DNA of 64,000 nucleotides, taken from Longimicrobiales bacterium (GTDB taxonomy: Bacteria > Gemmatimonadota > Gemmatimonadetes > Longimicrobiales > Gaopeijiaceae). Made by a program: the position numbers and the translations under genes. Each line of letters begins with the position of its first letter. The stretch's first letter is position 1. The stretch is taken from positions 928,001-992,000 of the forward strand of contig JAWLHJ010000001.1 of assembly GCA_041690395.1 (NCBI GenBank), in the 5' to 3' direction. Positions 42,829 to 52,010 of the stretch are shown here, one piece after another. The notes beneath the pieces were generated by a model, which saw nothing but the letters and a program-made list of their open reading frames with translations, was not told the origin of the DNA and made no database searches.

Positions 42829-43569
42829 GTGCGCACCATCGACCATGTCATCGGGGATCTGGACGACGTCGTTCGCACATGTCGCGAGCGGGGTAGCCGC
42901 GCCGGCTACTTCCCCGCGCTCTACCGGAACGTCACCCTCGAGGTGCGCGACTGGATCCGGGACGGCCGGTTCGACGACGGGGCGCGCATGGAGCGTCTGG
43001 ACGTGCTGTTCGCCGACCGGTACCTGGAGGCGTGGCGGCGGAGGGAAGCCGGCCAGCCTACGACCCGGTCGTGGGCCGTGGCGTTCGACGCCGCGGATTC
43101 GTGGTGGCCGATCGTGCTGCAACATCTGCTCCTGGGGATGAACGCGCACATCAATCTCGATCTGGGGATCGCCGCGGCGCGCACGGTCCCCGGAGCGGAC
43201 ATACGGATGCTCCACGACGACTTCTGCCGCATCAACGAGCTGCTCGCCTCTATGGTGAACGATGTCCAGGAGCGTTTGACCGGTGTCTGGCCGCTCCTAC
43301 ATTTGATCGACGGTGTCGGGGGCGACGCCGACGAGGCCACGATCCATTTCAGCATGGAGCGGGCGCGCGACGCGGCCTGGGCCTTCGCGGTCAGGCTTGC
43401 GGTGTTGCCGGAGACCGGGTGGGACACGGAGATCGCGGCCACCGACCGGTTCGTGGCGACACTCGGTCGGATGGTCCGGCACCCGGGCCCCCGGGTGAGC
43501 ACCCTGCTCCGGGGCGTCCGTCTCGGCGAGGTGCGATCGGCTCGGGGCGTGGTCGACCTGCTCTCATGA
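42829..43569 (+). CDS. DUF5995-like conserved hypothetical protein
   Basis: GYFPALYRNVT, LDVLFADRYLEA, LLLGMNAHINLDL, DF.RINELL; start uncertain. Confidence 0.8.
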   Translation: MRTIDHVIGDLDDVVRTCRERGSRAGYFPALYRNVTLEVRDWIRDGRFDDGARMERLDVLFADRYLEAWRRREAGQPTTRSWAVAFDAADSWWPIVLQHLLLGMNAHINLDLGIAAARTVPGADIRMLHDDFCRINELLASMVNDVQERLTGVWPLLHLIDGVGGDADEATIHFSMERARDAAWAFAVRLAVLPETGWDTEIAATDRFVATLGRMVRHPGPRVSTLLRGVRLGEVRSARGVVDLLS

Positions 43570-44747
43570 GTGCCCGCCGTCGTCCGCCGCCCGGCGTCTA
43601 TATCGAAGAGGCCCCCAGGTTGCCGCCGAGCATCCCGGCCGTGCCGACATCCGTGGCCGCATTCGTCGGACGCACGGCGGAAGGCCCGGTCGACGAGCCC
43701 GTGGAGACGCGGAGTTGGATCGACTTCGAACGGACGTTCGGCCCGGCCACGCAGGAAGGACCGCTGGGACTCGTCGTTCGCGCCTTCTTCGACAACGGCG
43801 GCGCGACGGCGGTCGTCGTCAACCGAGGCACGGCCCCGCTCTCCGCCCCGGAGGACTACCTGGGCCGTCAGCTGGACGGGACCGGGATCTACGCGCTGGA
43901 ACGGGGGCCCGGCTTCAACCTGCTCTGCATTCCGCCGGACACTCCGGACGGAGACGTGCCAGGACTGGTCTACACCGAGGCGGCACAGCTCTGCGTGGAG
44001 CACGGAGCCATGCTGCTCGTGGATCGGCCCACGGTCTGGACCACGAAGTGGCGAGAGGGTCGGGTGGCCGACATATCGATGGGCGATCTCGGGACGTCGT
44101 TCTCCGTGGAGCAGGCGAGAAGTGCGGCGGTGTATTTCCCGCGGCTCCGGGTCGTGGATCCGGCGGACGGGGTCGAACGCGTCCTTCCGCCCTGCGGAGC
44201 CGTCGCGGGAGTCTTCACGTCGACGGACGCCTCCCGCGGTGTCTGGAAGACTCCGGCCGGGGTCGGCGCGGCGGTCGCGGGTGTCGCCGGGCTCGAGGTC
44301 GATGTCGACGACGGGGGTCAGTCCCACCTCAACCCGCTCGGCATCAACTGTCTGCGTGAGATCCCCGGACACGGCGTCGTGGTCTGGGGAGGACGGACGA
44401 TGCGGGGCGGGGTCCAGGGCGACGAGTTCCGATACGTCGCCGTGCGGCGGCTCACGCTCTTCATCGAAGGGAGCATCCGTCGGGGAACGGGTTGGGTGAC
44501 CCAGGAGCCCAACGGCGAGCCCCTCTGGAACAGCCTGCGGAGGGTCGTGGATGTCTTCCTGAACGGCCTGTTCAGGCAGGGTGCGTTCGCCGGATCGACG
44601 CCCAATGAAGCCTACTTCGTCAAGTGCGATCGCGACACGATGACGCAGAGCGACATCGACGCGGGGCGCGTCCACGTGATGGTCGGGATCGCACCCACGC
44701 GTCCCGCTGAGTTCGTGGTTCTGCGTCTCGAGCTGGAGGCTTCCTGA
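43566..44747 (+). CDS. Contractile phage-tail sheath family protein (eCIS-type), orphan
   Basis: PGVYIEE, AAFVG, AFFDNGG, PPCGAVAG, RGVWKTPAG, LNPLGINCLR, VWGGRT, RYVAVRR, EPN...LW, AYFVKCD, IAPTRPAEFVV; 393 aa. Confidence 0.93.
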   Translation: MSARRRPPPGVYIEEAPRLPPSIPAVPTSVAAFVGRTAEGPVDEPVETRSWIDFERTFGPATQEGPLGLVVRAFFDNGGATAVVVNRGTAPLSAPEDYLGRQLDGTGIYALERGPGFNLLCIPPDTPDGDVPGLVYTEAAQLCVEHGAMLLVDRPTVWTTKWREGRVADISMGDLGTSFSVEQARSAAVYFPRLRVVDPADGVERVLPPCGAVAGVFTSTDASRGVWKTPAGVGAAVAGVAGLEVDVDDGGQSHLNPLGINCLREIPGHGVVVWGGRTMRGGVQGDEFRYVAVRRLTLFIEGSIRRGTGWVTQEPNGEPLWNSLRRVVDVFLNGLFRQGAFAGSTPNEAYFVKCDRDTMTQSDIDAGRVHVMVGIAPTRPAEFVVLRLELEAS

Positions 44748-44754
44748 GAAGACG

Positions 44755-45432
44755 TCAGGAGCCCCCTCCGGTCGCTCGGTTCACCGCGTCGGTGAGCCCC
44801 ATCGAGCCCTCGACCATCCGATGGAAGTTGCCGACCCAGGATTGCCATACAAGCACCACTCCGGCGATCACGAAGAGGACCGTTGCTCCCTTCATGAGGC
44901 GTCGTTGCCACTTGAAGTGCAGCCGATGGTGCCCGTAGCTCGCGAGCGCGGCCAGGGCCAGGCGAACTCCGCCGAGTGTCAGGACGAACGTCGCGGCGAA
45001 GGCGGCGGCGTAGGACCAACTGGTGTTCCAGAAGCCGACGAAGACGGGAGCGCCCACCAGGAGCCAGAATACCCAGGGAGTCGGTGAGATCAGGGAGAGC
45101 GCGACGCCTTCGAGGATGCGTCGCGGTCCCTCCGACGGGCCCATCTCCTCCGTGGTGCGACCGGCTTGATGCCACGTCCGGTAGGCCAGATAGAAGATGA
45201 GCAGGCCGCCCCCGACGCCCATCCAACGGAGCGCGGTCTCCGGGAGGCGCGCGATGACCAGGGCGGCGATCGCCAGCACCACCAACTCGGAGACGAGCGG
45301 CATGAGGGCGACCTTGGCCGCGGCCCGGAAGCCCCGACCGAGGGCGGTCGTGACGACGAGGGTCGAGTAGGGTCCCGGGATCGAGCCGGACAGGAGGCCC
45401 AGCAGGAGCCCGAGGAGGAGTGCCCTCGTCAT
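44755..45432 (-). CDS. LysE family transporter
   Basis: N-terminal SIPGP, six hydrophobic segments, LISPTPWVFW. Confidence 0.85.
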   Translation of the reverse strand: MTRALLLGLLLGLLSGSIPGPYSTLVVTTALGRGFRAAAKVALMPLVSELVVLAIAALVIARLPETALRWMGVGGGLLIFYLAYRTWHQAGRTTEEMGPSEGPRRILEGVALSLISPTPWVFWLLVGAPVFVGFWNTSWSYAAAFAATFVLTLGGVRLALAALASYGHHRLHFKWQRRLMKGATVLFVIAGVVLVWQSWVGNFHRMVEGSMGLTDAVNRATGGGS

Positions 45433-45442
45433 GGACTGTCAG

Positions 45443-46432
45443 TCAGATCGTGCACCCACCCGTGAAGTTCACCGCCGGGTACGTGGTCGACGCCTCGCCC
45501 TGCCACCCGCCGTGCCGCACCCGGATCGTGAGCTGGTTGTTGGCTCCTGCGCGACGCGGCGAGCAGTAGGCCAGCACGTAGTAGCTGTTGGCCAGGGCCT
45601 CGATGCGGCCTCCGATGCCGGAGAACTGCGACAGCAGGGCGTCGCTGTTGTCCGCGAACGCGGAGCCCGAGCGCCCGATCCTGGAGAGGAACGTTTCATC
45701 GATCTCACCCCGGAGCCCGATGGAGAACGTCGCGATCGTGCTCGAGTCGACCGCGGCCAGCGCGGCCGACGCGGGGACCCGGTTCGCCTGGTCCGTACCG
45801 TCGGTGAAGACCACCAGAGCACCGGCCTGGCTGACGCCGGTCGCCGCACCCTGTCGCATCCGGTCTTCGACCGCTTCGACACCCAGCCGAATCGCGCCGT
45901 TCAGGTTCGTCGAGTTGTCCCGGGTCACTTCCTCCGTCAGAGTGGCGATCGAGTCCTTGATCGCCGCCGCGTCGTCGCTGAAATCCGTCAGCCGGACGAT
46001 GTCGCTGCCGCCGTCGAACCACCACACGCCGACCGCGACGCCATCCGCTTCGAGCGACTTGTCGACGAAGGCGTCGGCCGCTGCCTTGAGCGATTCCAGT
46101 GCGTCCGACTGCGTGATGCTGCCGCTCATGTCGAGCAGGAGACCCACGCTCGTCTGGAACAAGCCCGGCTTCGGCTGGAAGGCCTTGGACGATTCGAAGT
46201 CGGAGTCCGATACCCCGTTGTCCAGGAGTTCGAAGGCGTCCACCGGAATGTTCGGGACAGGCTCGCCATCGTCGGTCGAGACCCGGAACGTCACGAGGAC
46301 CTTGGCCGGCGTCTCGGTCGCCGTCTCCAGGATGTCGATCTCGAGGCCGGAGGCACCGGGGCCGAGCGAGTCTCTGCAACCGGCCAGAGCGATTATTGCC
46401 ATCACGATCGTGCCCACGCGTCCGATGCTCAC
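45443..46432 (-). CDS. vWA domain lipoprotein
   Basis: Lipobox LAGC, MIDAS DMSGS, STNLNGA, VVFTDG. Confidence 0.85.
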   Translation of the reverse strand: MSIGRVGTIVMAIIALAGCRDSLGPGASGLEIDILETATETPAKVLVTFRVSTDDGEPVPNIPVDAFELLDNGVSDSDFESSKAFQPKPGLFQTSVGLLLDMSGSITQSDALESLKAAADAFVDKSLEADGVAVGVWWFDGGSDIVRLTDFSDDAAAIKDSIATLTEEVTRDNSTNLNGAIRLGVEAVEDRMRQGAATGVSQAGALVVFTDGTDQANRVPASAALAAVDSSTIATFSIGLRGEIDETFLSRIGRSGSAFADNSDALLSQFSGIGGRIEALANSYYVLAYCSPRRAGANNQLTIRVRHGGWQGEASTTYPAVNFTGGCTI

Positions 46433-46595
46433 GGTCTGCCGCCTCATCCGAAAAAAAGAATGCCTCGAAGTTCTGCGCTTGCTACCCAGCCGGTCCGTGC
46501 AAGGATCCTGCCGTGCTCGCGGGGTCGGGCATCCTCCCGTACACTTCGGCGAGGCCGGACCGATCGGTCGCCCGACCCCTAACTCCCTCCGCATC

Positions 46596-47090
46596 ATGGC
46601 CATCATCCGCGCCTTCCGTGAGAGCGACTGGCCCGGTGTGTGGAGCATTCTCGAGCCCGTCTTCCGCGCCGGACGCACGTACGCCATCGATATCGACATC
46701 ACCGAGAATGCGGCTCGCGACCTGTGGATCACCGCGCCGACGGCGACCTTCGTGAGCGAGGGCGAGCACGGTGAGGTCCTCGGCACCTACTACATCAAGC
46801 CGAACCATCACGGACCCGGCGACCACGTCTGCAACTGCGGCTACGTCGTGGCGGCGAGCGCTCGCGGCCAGGGGGTGGCGACGGCCATGTGCGAGCACTC
46901 ACAGGCCCGGGCGGTGCAGCTCGGGTTCCGCGCCATGCAGTTCAACCTCGTCGTCTCGACCAACCTGGGAGCTGTGCGTCTCTGGGAGAAGCTCGGCTTC
47001 GACACGGTGGGCAGGCTCCCCGGGGCCTTCCGTCATCCGGATGAGGGTTATGTCGATGCCCTGGTGATGTACAAGCAGCTTCCGGGGTGA
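46596..47090 (+). CDS. GNAT family N-acetyltransferase
   Basis: HVCNCGYVV...RGQGVA, MQFNLVVSTN.GAVRLW.KLGF. Confidence 0.93.
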   Translation: MAIIRAFRESDWPGVWSILEPVFRAGRTYAIDIDITENAARDLWITAPTATFVSEGEHGEVLGTYYIKPNHHGPGDHVCNCGYVVAASARGQGVATAMCEHSQARAVQLGFRAMQFNLVVSTNLGAVRLWEKLGFDTVGRLPGAFRHPDEGYVDALVMYKQLPG

Positions 47091-47100
47091 CGTAGCGACG

Positions 47101-47910
47101 TTAGCCGTATTGCTCCTCGAGCCAGGATACCGCGAAGAGGTGCAGGGGCTCCGCGTCGAACAGGTAGGCCCTGGCCTTGCCGACGCTTCCTGTCGAGACG
47201 GCGACCTGCTCCAGGTAGGCCCGCATCAATCGATCGAAGTGGTCCTCCGGTGCCGCGTCCACCACCGGGTCGGCGGTATCGAACTCCTCGATCTCCACCC
47301 ACTCTGGTCGCCCATCCCTCAGCAACTTCTCGTGGTAGCGGATTACCCGCTTGTTCGGTAGGCGTGCCACATGCTCCGAGAAGTGAAGCAACGTCACGTT
47401 CTCGAGGGGAGACCCGAGGAGCAGGACGCGGCCTCGGGCTTCTACCAGCTTGGCCAGAGGCGAGCCGGGTCCATAACCGTAGTTCAGCGGGTGATCGGCG
47501 CAGATCCACTCCGCACGAGCGCCCACGGCGGCGACGGATGCTCCCGGGTTGCCGCTCCGGCGAGCCCCCGGCCACGTTCGCAGGAACTCGGGAAGGATGC
47601 CGTACGAACGGTCCGCTCTCGCCTTGGCGGGGTCGAACGCCGGCCATGCGTCCCGCCGGGCAGGGGAGAGGGGCGTCTCACGGTCGGCTCTCGTGTAGCG
47701 CTGTGCCCCGTCTTCCCAGTCGACGTACATCATTACCGTGCCGCTGGACCCCACGGATTCGAGCAGGGATTCGATCATCTCGTTCGGGCCGCCCAGGATC
47801 GGCCCCACCGAGCGCATCGACGAGTGCACCATCACCAGGTCACCCGATCGAAGACCCAGGTGCCCCAGGTCGCGCGTGAGCTCATGGCGGGTAAGCACCG
47901 AGCTTATCAC
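47101..47910 (-). CDS. aac(3): Aminoglycoside 3-N-acetyltransferase family protein
   Basis: VMVHSS, GGPN, AFDP, RTWPGARRS, YGPGSPL, VLLLG, TLLH..EH motifs. Confidence 0.88.
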   Translation of the reverse strand: MISSVLTRHELTRDLGHLGLRSGDLVMVHSSMRSVGPILGGPNEMIESLLESVGSSGTVMMYVDWEDGAQRYTRADRETPLSPARRDAWPAFDPAKARADRSYGILPEFLRTWPGARRSGNPGASVAAVGARAEWICADHPLNYGYGPGSPLAKLVEARGRVLLLGSPLENVTLLHFSEHVARLPNKRVIRYHEKLLRDGRPEWVEIEEFDTADPVVDAAPEDHFDRLMRAYLEQVAVSTGSVGKARAYLFDAEPLHLFAVSWLEEQYG

Positions 47911-47911
47911 G

Positions 47912-48343
47912 TCATCTGCGAGACGTTCCGAGCCATCTGAGTCTCGGCTCCGTGCTCGCCATCACCGCGACGCCGAAGACCAGGATCGCGCTCGGGAGAT
48001 ACGGCAGCCCGAGAGATAGCCCGGCGAGAAGACAGAAACCCAGGAGCATGAAGCCGATCGTCCAGGCGGTGACTTTCTGGACAGGAGGGTGCGTCAGGGC
48101 GACGCCCATGGGTACGCCCGACAGCATCGAGACGCCCACGAGCAAACCCGTGACCCACACCCCGTCGGCCGAAGCGAGAGGGGGTGCGACGGACCGCGCG
48201 TCGCCCGCGATTCCCGCCACCACGGCCGAAACCGTCATCCCGGCTTGGCTGGACGCCTGCAAGACGTGCCAGGTCACCGCGCATGCCCAGAAGAACGCCA
48301 GCCCCCCGAAAATCAAAGAGAGTCGTCTCAACCGAGCCTCCAT
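47912..48343 (-). CDS. Hypothetical membrane protein
   Basis: 143-aa ORF with about four hydrophobic segments, abutting the aac(3) start. Confidence 0.55.
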   Translation of the reverse strand: MEARLRRLSLIFGGLAFFWACAVTWHVLQASSQAGMTVSAVVAGIAGDARSVAPPLASADGVWVTGLLVGVSMLSGVPMGVALTHPPVQKVTAWTIGFMLLGFCLLAGLSLGLPYLPSAILVFGVAVMASTEPRLRWLGTSRR

Positions 48344-48487
48344 CCCGATCCGCGCGCCACTTCGGGCCGCCTACGCCACGGCCCTCAGCATACGTGCGAC
48401 AACCGCTTCGGGCCAGCCCGTCGGGGTGGAACGGACCCCACGGAGCTCAGCGGCGTCGAGCATCGAGATGCAGCGACTCACGTCCGA

Positions 48488-48688
48488 TCAAATATGGTCC
48501 CGAATGGCCCTTATCAGGTCGTCCACGCCCATTCTCTCATACCCGGCGATCTCGAGGTCGGCCGCGAGGTCTCGAAGATCATCGACGGCGGCGCGTGTCT
48601 CGCGCCCGTGCTTCGCTCCAGGGCGCGGCTTCATTGGCTGGACTCCGGATTCACCGTCCAACTCCCAGAGCTTCATCTTCCTGCCCAT
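48488..48688 (-). CDS. Small protein with Rho-N-like C-terminal helix pair
   Basis: 66 aa, DLRDLAADLEIAGYERMGVDDLIRAI; AAGGA RBS. Confidence 0.55.
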   Translation of the reverse strand: MGRKMKLWELDGESGVQPMKPRPGAKHGRETRAAVDDLRDLAADLEIAGYERMGVDDLIRAIRDHI

Positions 48689-48777
48689 GTCCTTCACTCC
48701 ATTCGTCAGGCGTCGTCTGCCCCGCCCGCCCCCTCGTGGCGCGGAGCCGACGACAGGAAAACATTCCCTATCGCTCC

Positions 48778-49377
48778 CTAGCTGCGGGACCTCTGAGAGG
48801 CGTGCACGCCCTCCTCGATTTCCTCGAGCATCTTGGCGATGAACGCGTCCAGGTCCCCCGGGTTTCTGCTCGTTACCAGCCCGTTGTCGACCACGACTTC
48901 CTCGTCTACCCACTCGGCTCCCGCGTTCTCGAGATCGGTGCGCAATGACGGGTATGAAGTGAGTCGCCGTCCCTTTGCGACGTCCGCCTCGGCGAGGAGC
49001 CAGGGGGCGTGGCAGATGGCGGCCACCGGCTTGCTTTCCTCGAAGAAGTTCCGCACGAACGTCACAGCCTCGGGGTCCATGCGCAGTTTGTCCGGATTCA
49101 TGACGCCGCCCGGCATCACGAGCGCGTCGAACTCCTCGGACCCATGATCATCCACGGTTCCGTCGACGGTCAGCGTGTCCCCCCAGTCGTCCTCGTCCCA
49201 GCCCCTGATCTCATCCGCCGACTTCGCGATGGAGATGATCGACACCTCCGCTCCCGCATCGCGCAGGGCGGTGAGGGGTCGATACAGCTCGGACGCCTCG
49301 AAGCCGTGCGTGGCGAGCAGCGCGACGCGCGATCCGGCCAGACGCCCGTCGGTCGGCCTTTCCTGATGTGCGTTCAT
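48778..49377 (-). CDS. DJ-1/PfpI family protein
   Basis: GFEASEL, PGGVMNPDKLR, AAICHAPW, LVTSRNPGDL. Confidence 0.95.
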   Translation of the reverse strand: MNAHQERPTDGRLAGSRVALLATHGFEASELYRPLTALRDAGAEVSIISIAKSADEIRGWDEDDWGDTLTVDGTVDDHGSEEFDALVMPGGVMNPDKLRMDPEAVTFVRNFFEESKPVAAICHAPWLLAEADVAKGRRLTSYPSLRTDLENAGAEWVDEEVVVDNGLVTSRNPGDLDAFIAKMLEEIEEGVHASQRSRS

Positions 49378-49424
49378 GATTGCTCCTGCAGTGACAGAGT
49401 GTGACAGCCGCCGTTCCGATCAGC

Positions 49425-49913
49425 TCATCTGCCGAGCGACAGCGGATCGGCCTCCTGCGTGAGGCGCCTCGTCCAGGGGACCAGCTCGAGCCGCTCAAAG
49501 GGGATCCGCGCTCCGGAGGCCTCCGAGATGTCGAAGTCGCGGGGAGATTCACGGAGCCGTCGGAGGGCGTCCTCGATCAGCACGATGAACTCCGTATGGC
49601 GCTCCGCCATGCGGATGTCCCACTCCAACTCGTCGAGCTCTCCTCTGGCCCGATGATCTTCCATGTCCCCGCGCTTGGCCCAGATGGCTCGCACCGCCTT
49701 CTCGCGCTCGTCCAGAAGCCGTTGCCGGAGCCGCTGGATCTGCGTGTCCGTGAGCCCGCGTCGGGCGTCGGAACCGGCCTGCTGGGGAGGTGTCGCCTGC
49801 AGGGCGCCGCTCCGCGGGGTCTTCTCCGAGCTCTCATTGCGCTGCGCGCGCTTCCTGACGCGTCGCTGGCCTGTCGTTTCCGCCGCGTTGGTGGAGGTCG
49901 TATCGGCTCTCAT
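49425..49913 (-). CDS. DksA/TraR-like protein without zinc-finger cysteines
   Basis: Coiled coil then IEDALRRLRE.P...ISEASGARIPFERLELVPWTR, closely paralleling the adjacent C4 paralogue. Confidence 0.7.
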   Translation of the reverse strand: MRADTTSTNAAETTGQRRVRKRAQRNESSEKTPRSGALQATPPQQAGSDARRGLTDTQIQRLRQRLLDEREKAVRAIWAKRGDMEDHRARGELDELEWDIRMAERHTEFIVLIEDALRRLRESPRDFDISEASGARIPFERLELVPWTRRLTQEADPLSLGR

Positions 49914-50184
49914 GCAGCCTCCCTATTCGTGTGGTCTGCGATGCTCGCTCCTCCGCCAGGAGCAAGAGGTGTTCCATCGTGGGAACCCCTTTCAGCACCG
50001 GTCACCGAGAGGCCGTTGGATGCTTTCCGCTCCACCGTTTGCGCCCTGCGTGCGCAGGAGCTCCGGGGCTCTTCGAGGGCGCCCGCGGACTCGACGAGCC
50101 TTGTCTCCGCTGCGCGACACGTGTCCAGCCGGGCTGTTCGTCCGGCTCGACGGTCCAGGCGGGCACCATGTCCCCGGGCGAATG

Positions 50185-50571
50185 TCAATCCTGGGATGCC
50201 CCCACGTTCGTCTCGCGCGCGCAGGAGGCGCACAGGCGCGTCCACGGGACCAACTCGAGCCGCTCCTCCTCGATATGAGTGCCACAGCGCTCGCACGTCG
50301 TGTACGCCTCGGGATCCTCACGGAGCCGTCGCAGTGCGTCGTCGATGACCGTCAGCTGACGGCTCTCACGGTTGGCGTTGGCGAGATCCTTCTCCGCCTC
50401 CTGGGTGTCGGATGCGGCGTCCGCGAGGTGCGTGGGCATCCGTGAGAGCTCCCCCGCGGATTCCCTCTGGCCCTCGGACTCCTCCTCGATGGCCTGCTGG
50501 AGGCTCTCCAAAGTCCGGTCCCTCTCCTCGAGCAGGCGGCGTTCTATTTGATCGAGATCCGTTCGGCTCAT
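50185..50571 (-). CDS. TraR/DksA C4-type zinc finger protein
   Basis: HLADAASD tip, CERC...ERLELVPWTRLCASC. Confidence 0.92.
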   Translation of the reverse strand: MSRTDLDQIERRLLEERDRTLESLQQAIEEESEGQRESAGELSRMPTHLADAASDTQEAEKDLANANRESRQLTVIDDALRRLREDPEAYTTCERCGTHIEEERLELVPWTRLCASCARETNVGASQD

Positions 50572-50640
50572 CGCCCCTCCTGGTGTGCTGGTCGCTTTCC
50601 CTGCTCAGAAGAGCAAGCGGCGAGCCAGGGCGGGGACCGA

Positions 50641-51867
50641 TCAGCCCACCACCGAGCGCAGCAGGCCTCTCCAGGAGAATATCCGCGCGGGATCCACGGT
50701 CTCCGCCACCATTCCCGCCGCTGCCGACTGAAGGAAGCGACCCTTCCGGATGCGCCAGGAGACCAGGTCGTTCAGCCAGGGCCGGGACAGCCACCGCTGC
50801 GCGGCTGCGTATCCTTCGTAACGTGGGCGAAGCGATGCCTCGACGTCCGAACCGTAAGCGGCGAGCGCGTCCGGATGTCCGTGGGCGGCGGCGGCGATCG
50901 CGGCAGCGGCCATCTCGCAGGTCTCCATCGCTTTCCCGATGCCCTCGCCAGTGAACGGATACGTGGTCGAGATCTGCTCTCCCACCGCCACGATGTTGCC
51001 CCCATCCGCGCGGGCGCCACGGAGTCCGCATCTCAGGCGAGCACCCCTCAATGGTCCAACGCTCTCGGCCTCGCTCATGAGGCGCTGGACCGCCGGGACC
51101 TCGCGGCAGAACGTGTCGAACAGCGACCGGAGGTCGTACCGGGCCGGCTCGTCCGGATCGTGCAGGACGCCGACCCCGACGTTGTAGTCCATGCCGGGCA
51201 GAGGGAACGCCCAGGCATAGCCCGGCACGATCGCCCGGTCGAAGGAGATGAACAGCTCGTCCAGCCGGACGGGTGACCGGACGTAGGCGCGCACGGCCAT
51301 TGCCGTGGGGGCGGGCTGCTGGAGCATCCCCAACTCATCGAGCAGGGACACGTCGGACCCGGTGGCGAGGACCGCGAAGCGGGCATGGAAGGGGGCTTCG
51401 ATACCCGTTACATGGACGGTGACGCCTTCGTCGGAGCTGCGCACTCGTTGGACGCGCCCTCGGGCCACGACCGCACCGCGTCGGGAGGCCGCTTCCGCGA
51501 GCATCTCGTCGAAGCGCTCGCGCCGGAGGAGTAGGAACTCACCCGGGATCGACCATTCGATCCGCGAGGGACTCGAGACGCGCGCACGATCGACTGGACT
51601 TGCCTCGGCCTCCACCAGGTCGTAGAGGCGCCCCCTGCGAAGCGCGGCCAGCGTGTCCGGGATCAGGAGATCACCGCACGCCTTGTCACGGGGATACTCC
51701 GCCCGCTCGAGCATCAGCACGCGGTGCCCGGCATCGGCCAGGTGAAGCGCCACCGTCGAGCCCGCGGGCCCTCCTCCAACGACAATGGCCGTCCACCCCT
51801 CCTTCGGCACCTCGACGGCGGGTCGCTGCCATCGGTTGGTCTGCCGGTGTCGGGGGGACGCTTCCAT
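50641..51867 (-). CDS. Geranylgeranyl reductase family FAD-dependent oxidoreductase
   Basis: VVGGGPAG, PRDKACGD, GYAWAFP, PFTGEGIGKA. Confidence 0.9.
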   Translation of the reverse strand: MEASPRHRQTNRWQRPAVEVPKEGWTAIVVGGGPAGSTVALHLADAGHRVLMLERAEYPRDKACGDLLIPDTLAALRRGRLYDLVEAEASPVDRARVSSPSRIEWSIPGEFLLLRRERFDEMLAEAASRRGAVVARGRVQRVRSSDEGVTVHVTGIEAPFHARFAVLATGSDVSLLDELGMLQQPAPTAMAVRAYVRSPVRLDELFISFDRAIVPGYAWAFPLPGMDYNVGVGVLHDPDEPARYDLRSLFDTFCREVPAVQRLMSEAESVGPLRGARLRCGLRGARADGGNIVAVGEQISTTYPFTGEGIGKAMETCEMAAAAIAAAAHGHPDALAAYGSDVEASLRPRYEGYAAAQRWLSRPWLNDLVSWRIRKGRFLQSAAAGMVAETVDPARIFSWRGLLRSVVG

Positions 51868-52010
51868 ATGCGGGGCTCCTCACAAGGGCTGCGGTCGGGA
51901 GCCTCCCTTCAGGCAAGAGGTGCGCCAGATCTGCGCCGCGGCCGCCGGGGCTCGAGCCATCAGCTCGTGAAGTGGGAGTTCCACGCATCAACCGCATCCG
52001 ATGAGACTCC

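Noticed and set aside
12731..43215. Long N-terminal extensions in the ORF track for both ADOPs, argJ, argD and the DUF5916 gene
   Set aside because: They overlap neighbouring real genes; downstream starts with stop/start coupling or family-typical N-termini fit better.
42829..46432. Prophage or complete eCIS/T6SS locus around the sheath gene
   Set aside because: No tube, baseplate, capsid, terminase or integrase genes in the window.
47091..47110. GTTAGCC at the aac(3) stop as a possible attC core
   Set aside because: No accompanying hairpin or complementary core, and only 10 bp separate the two convergent genes.
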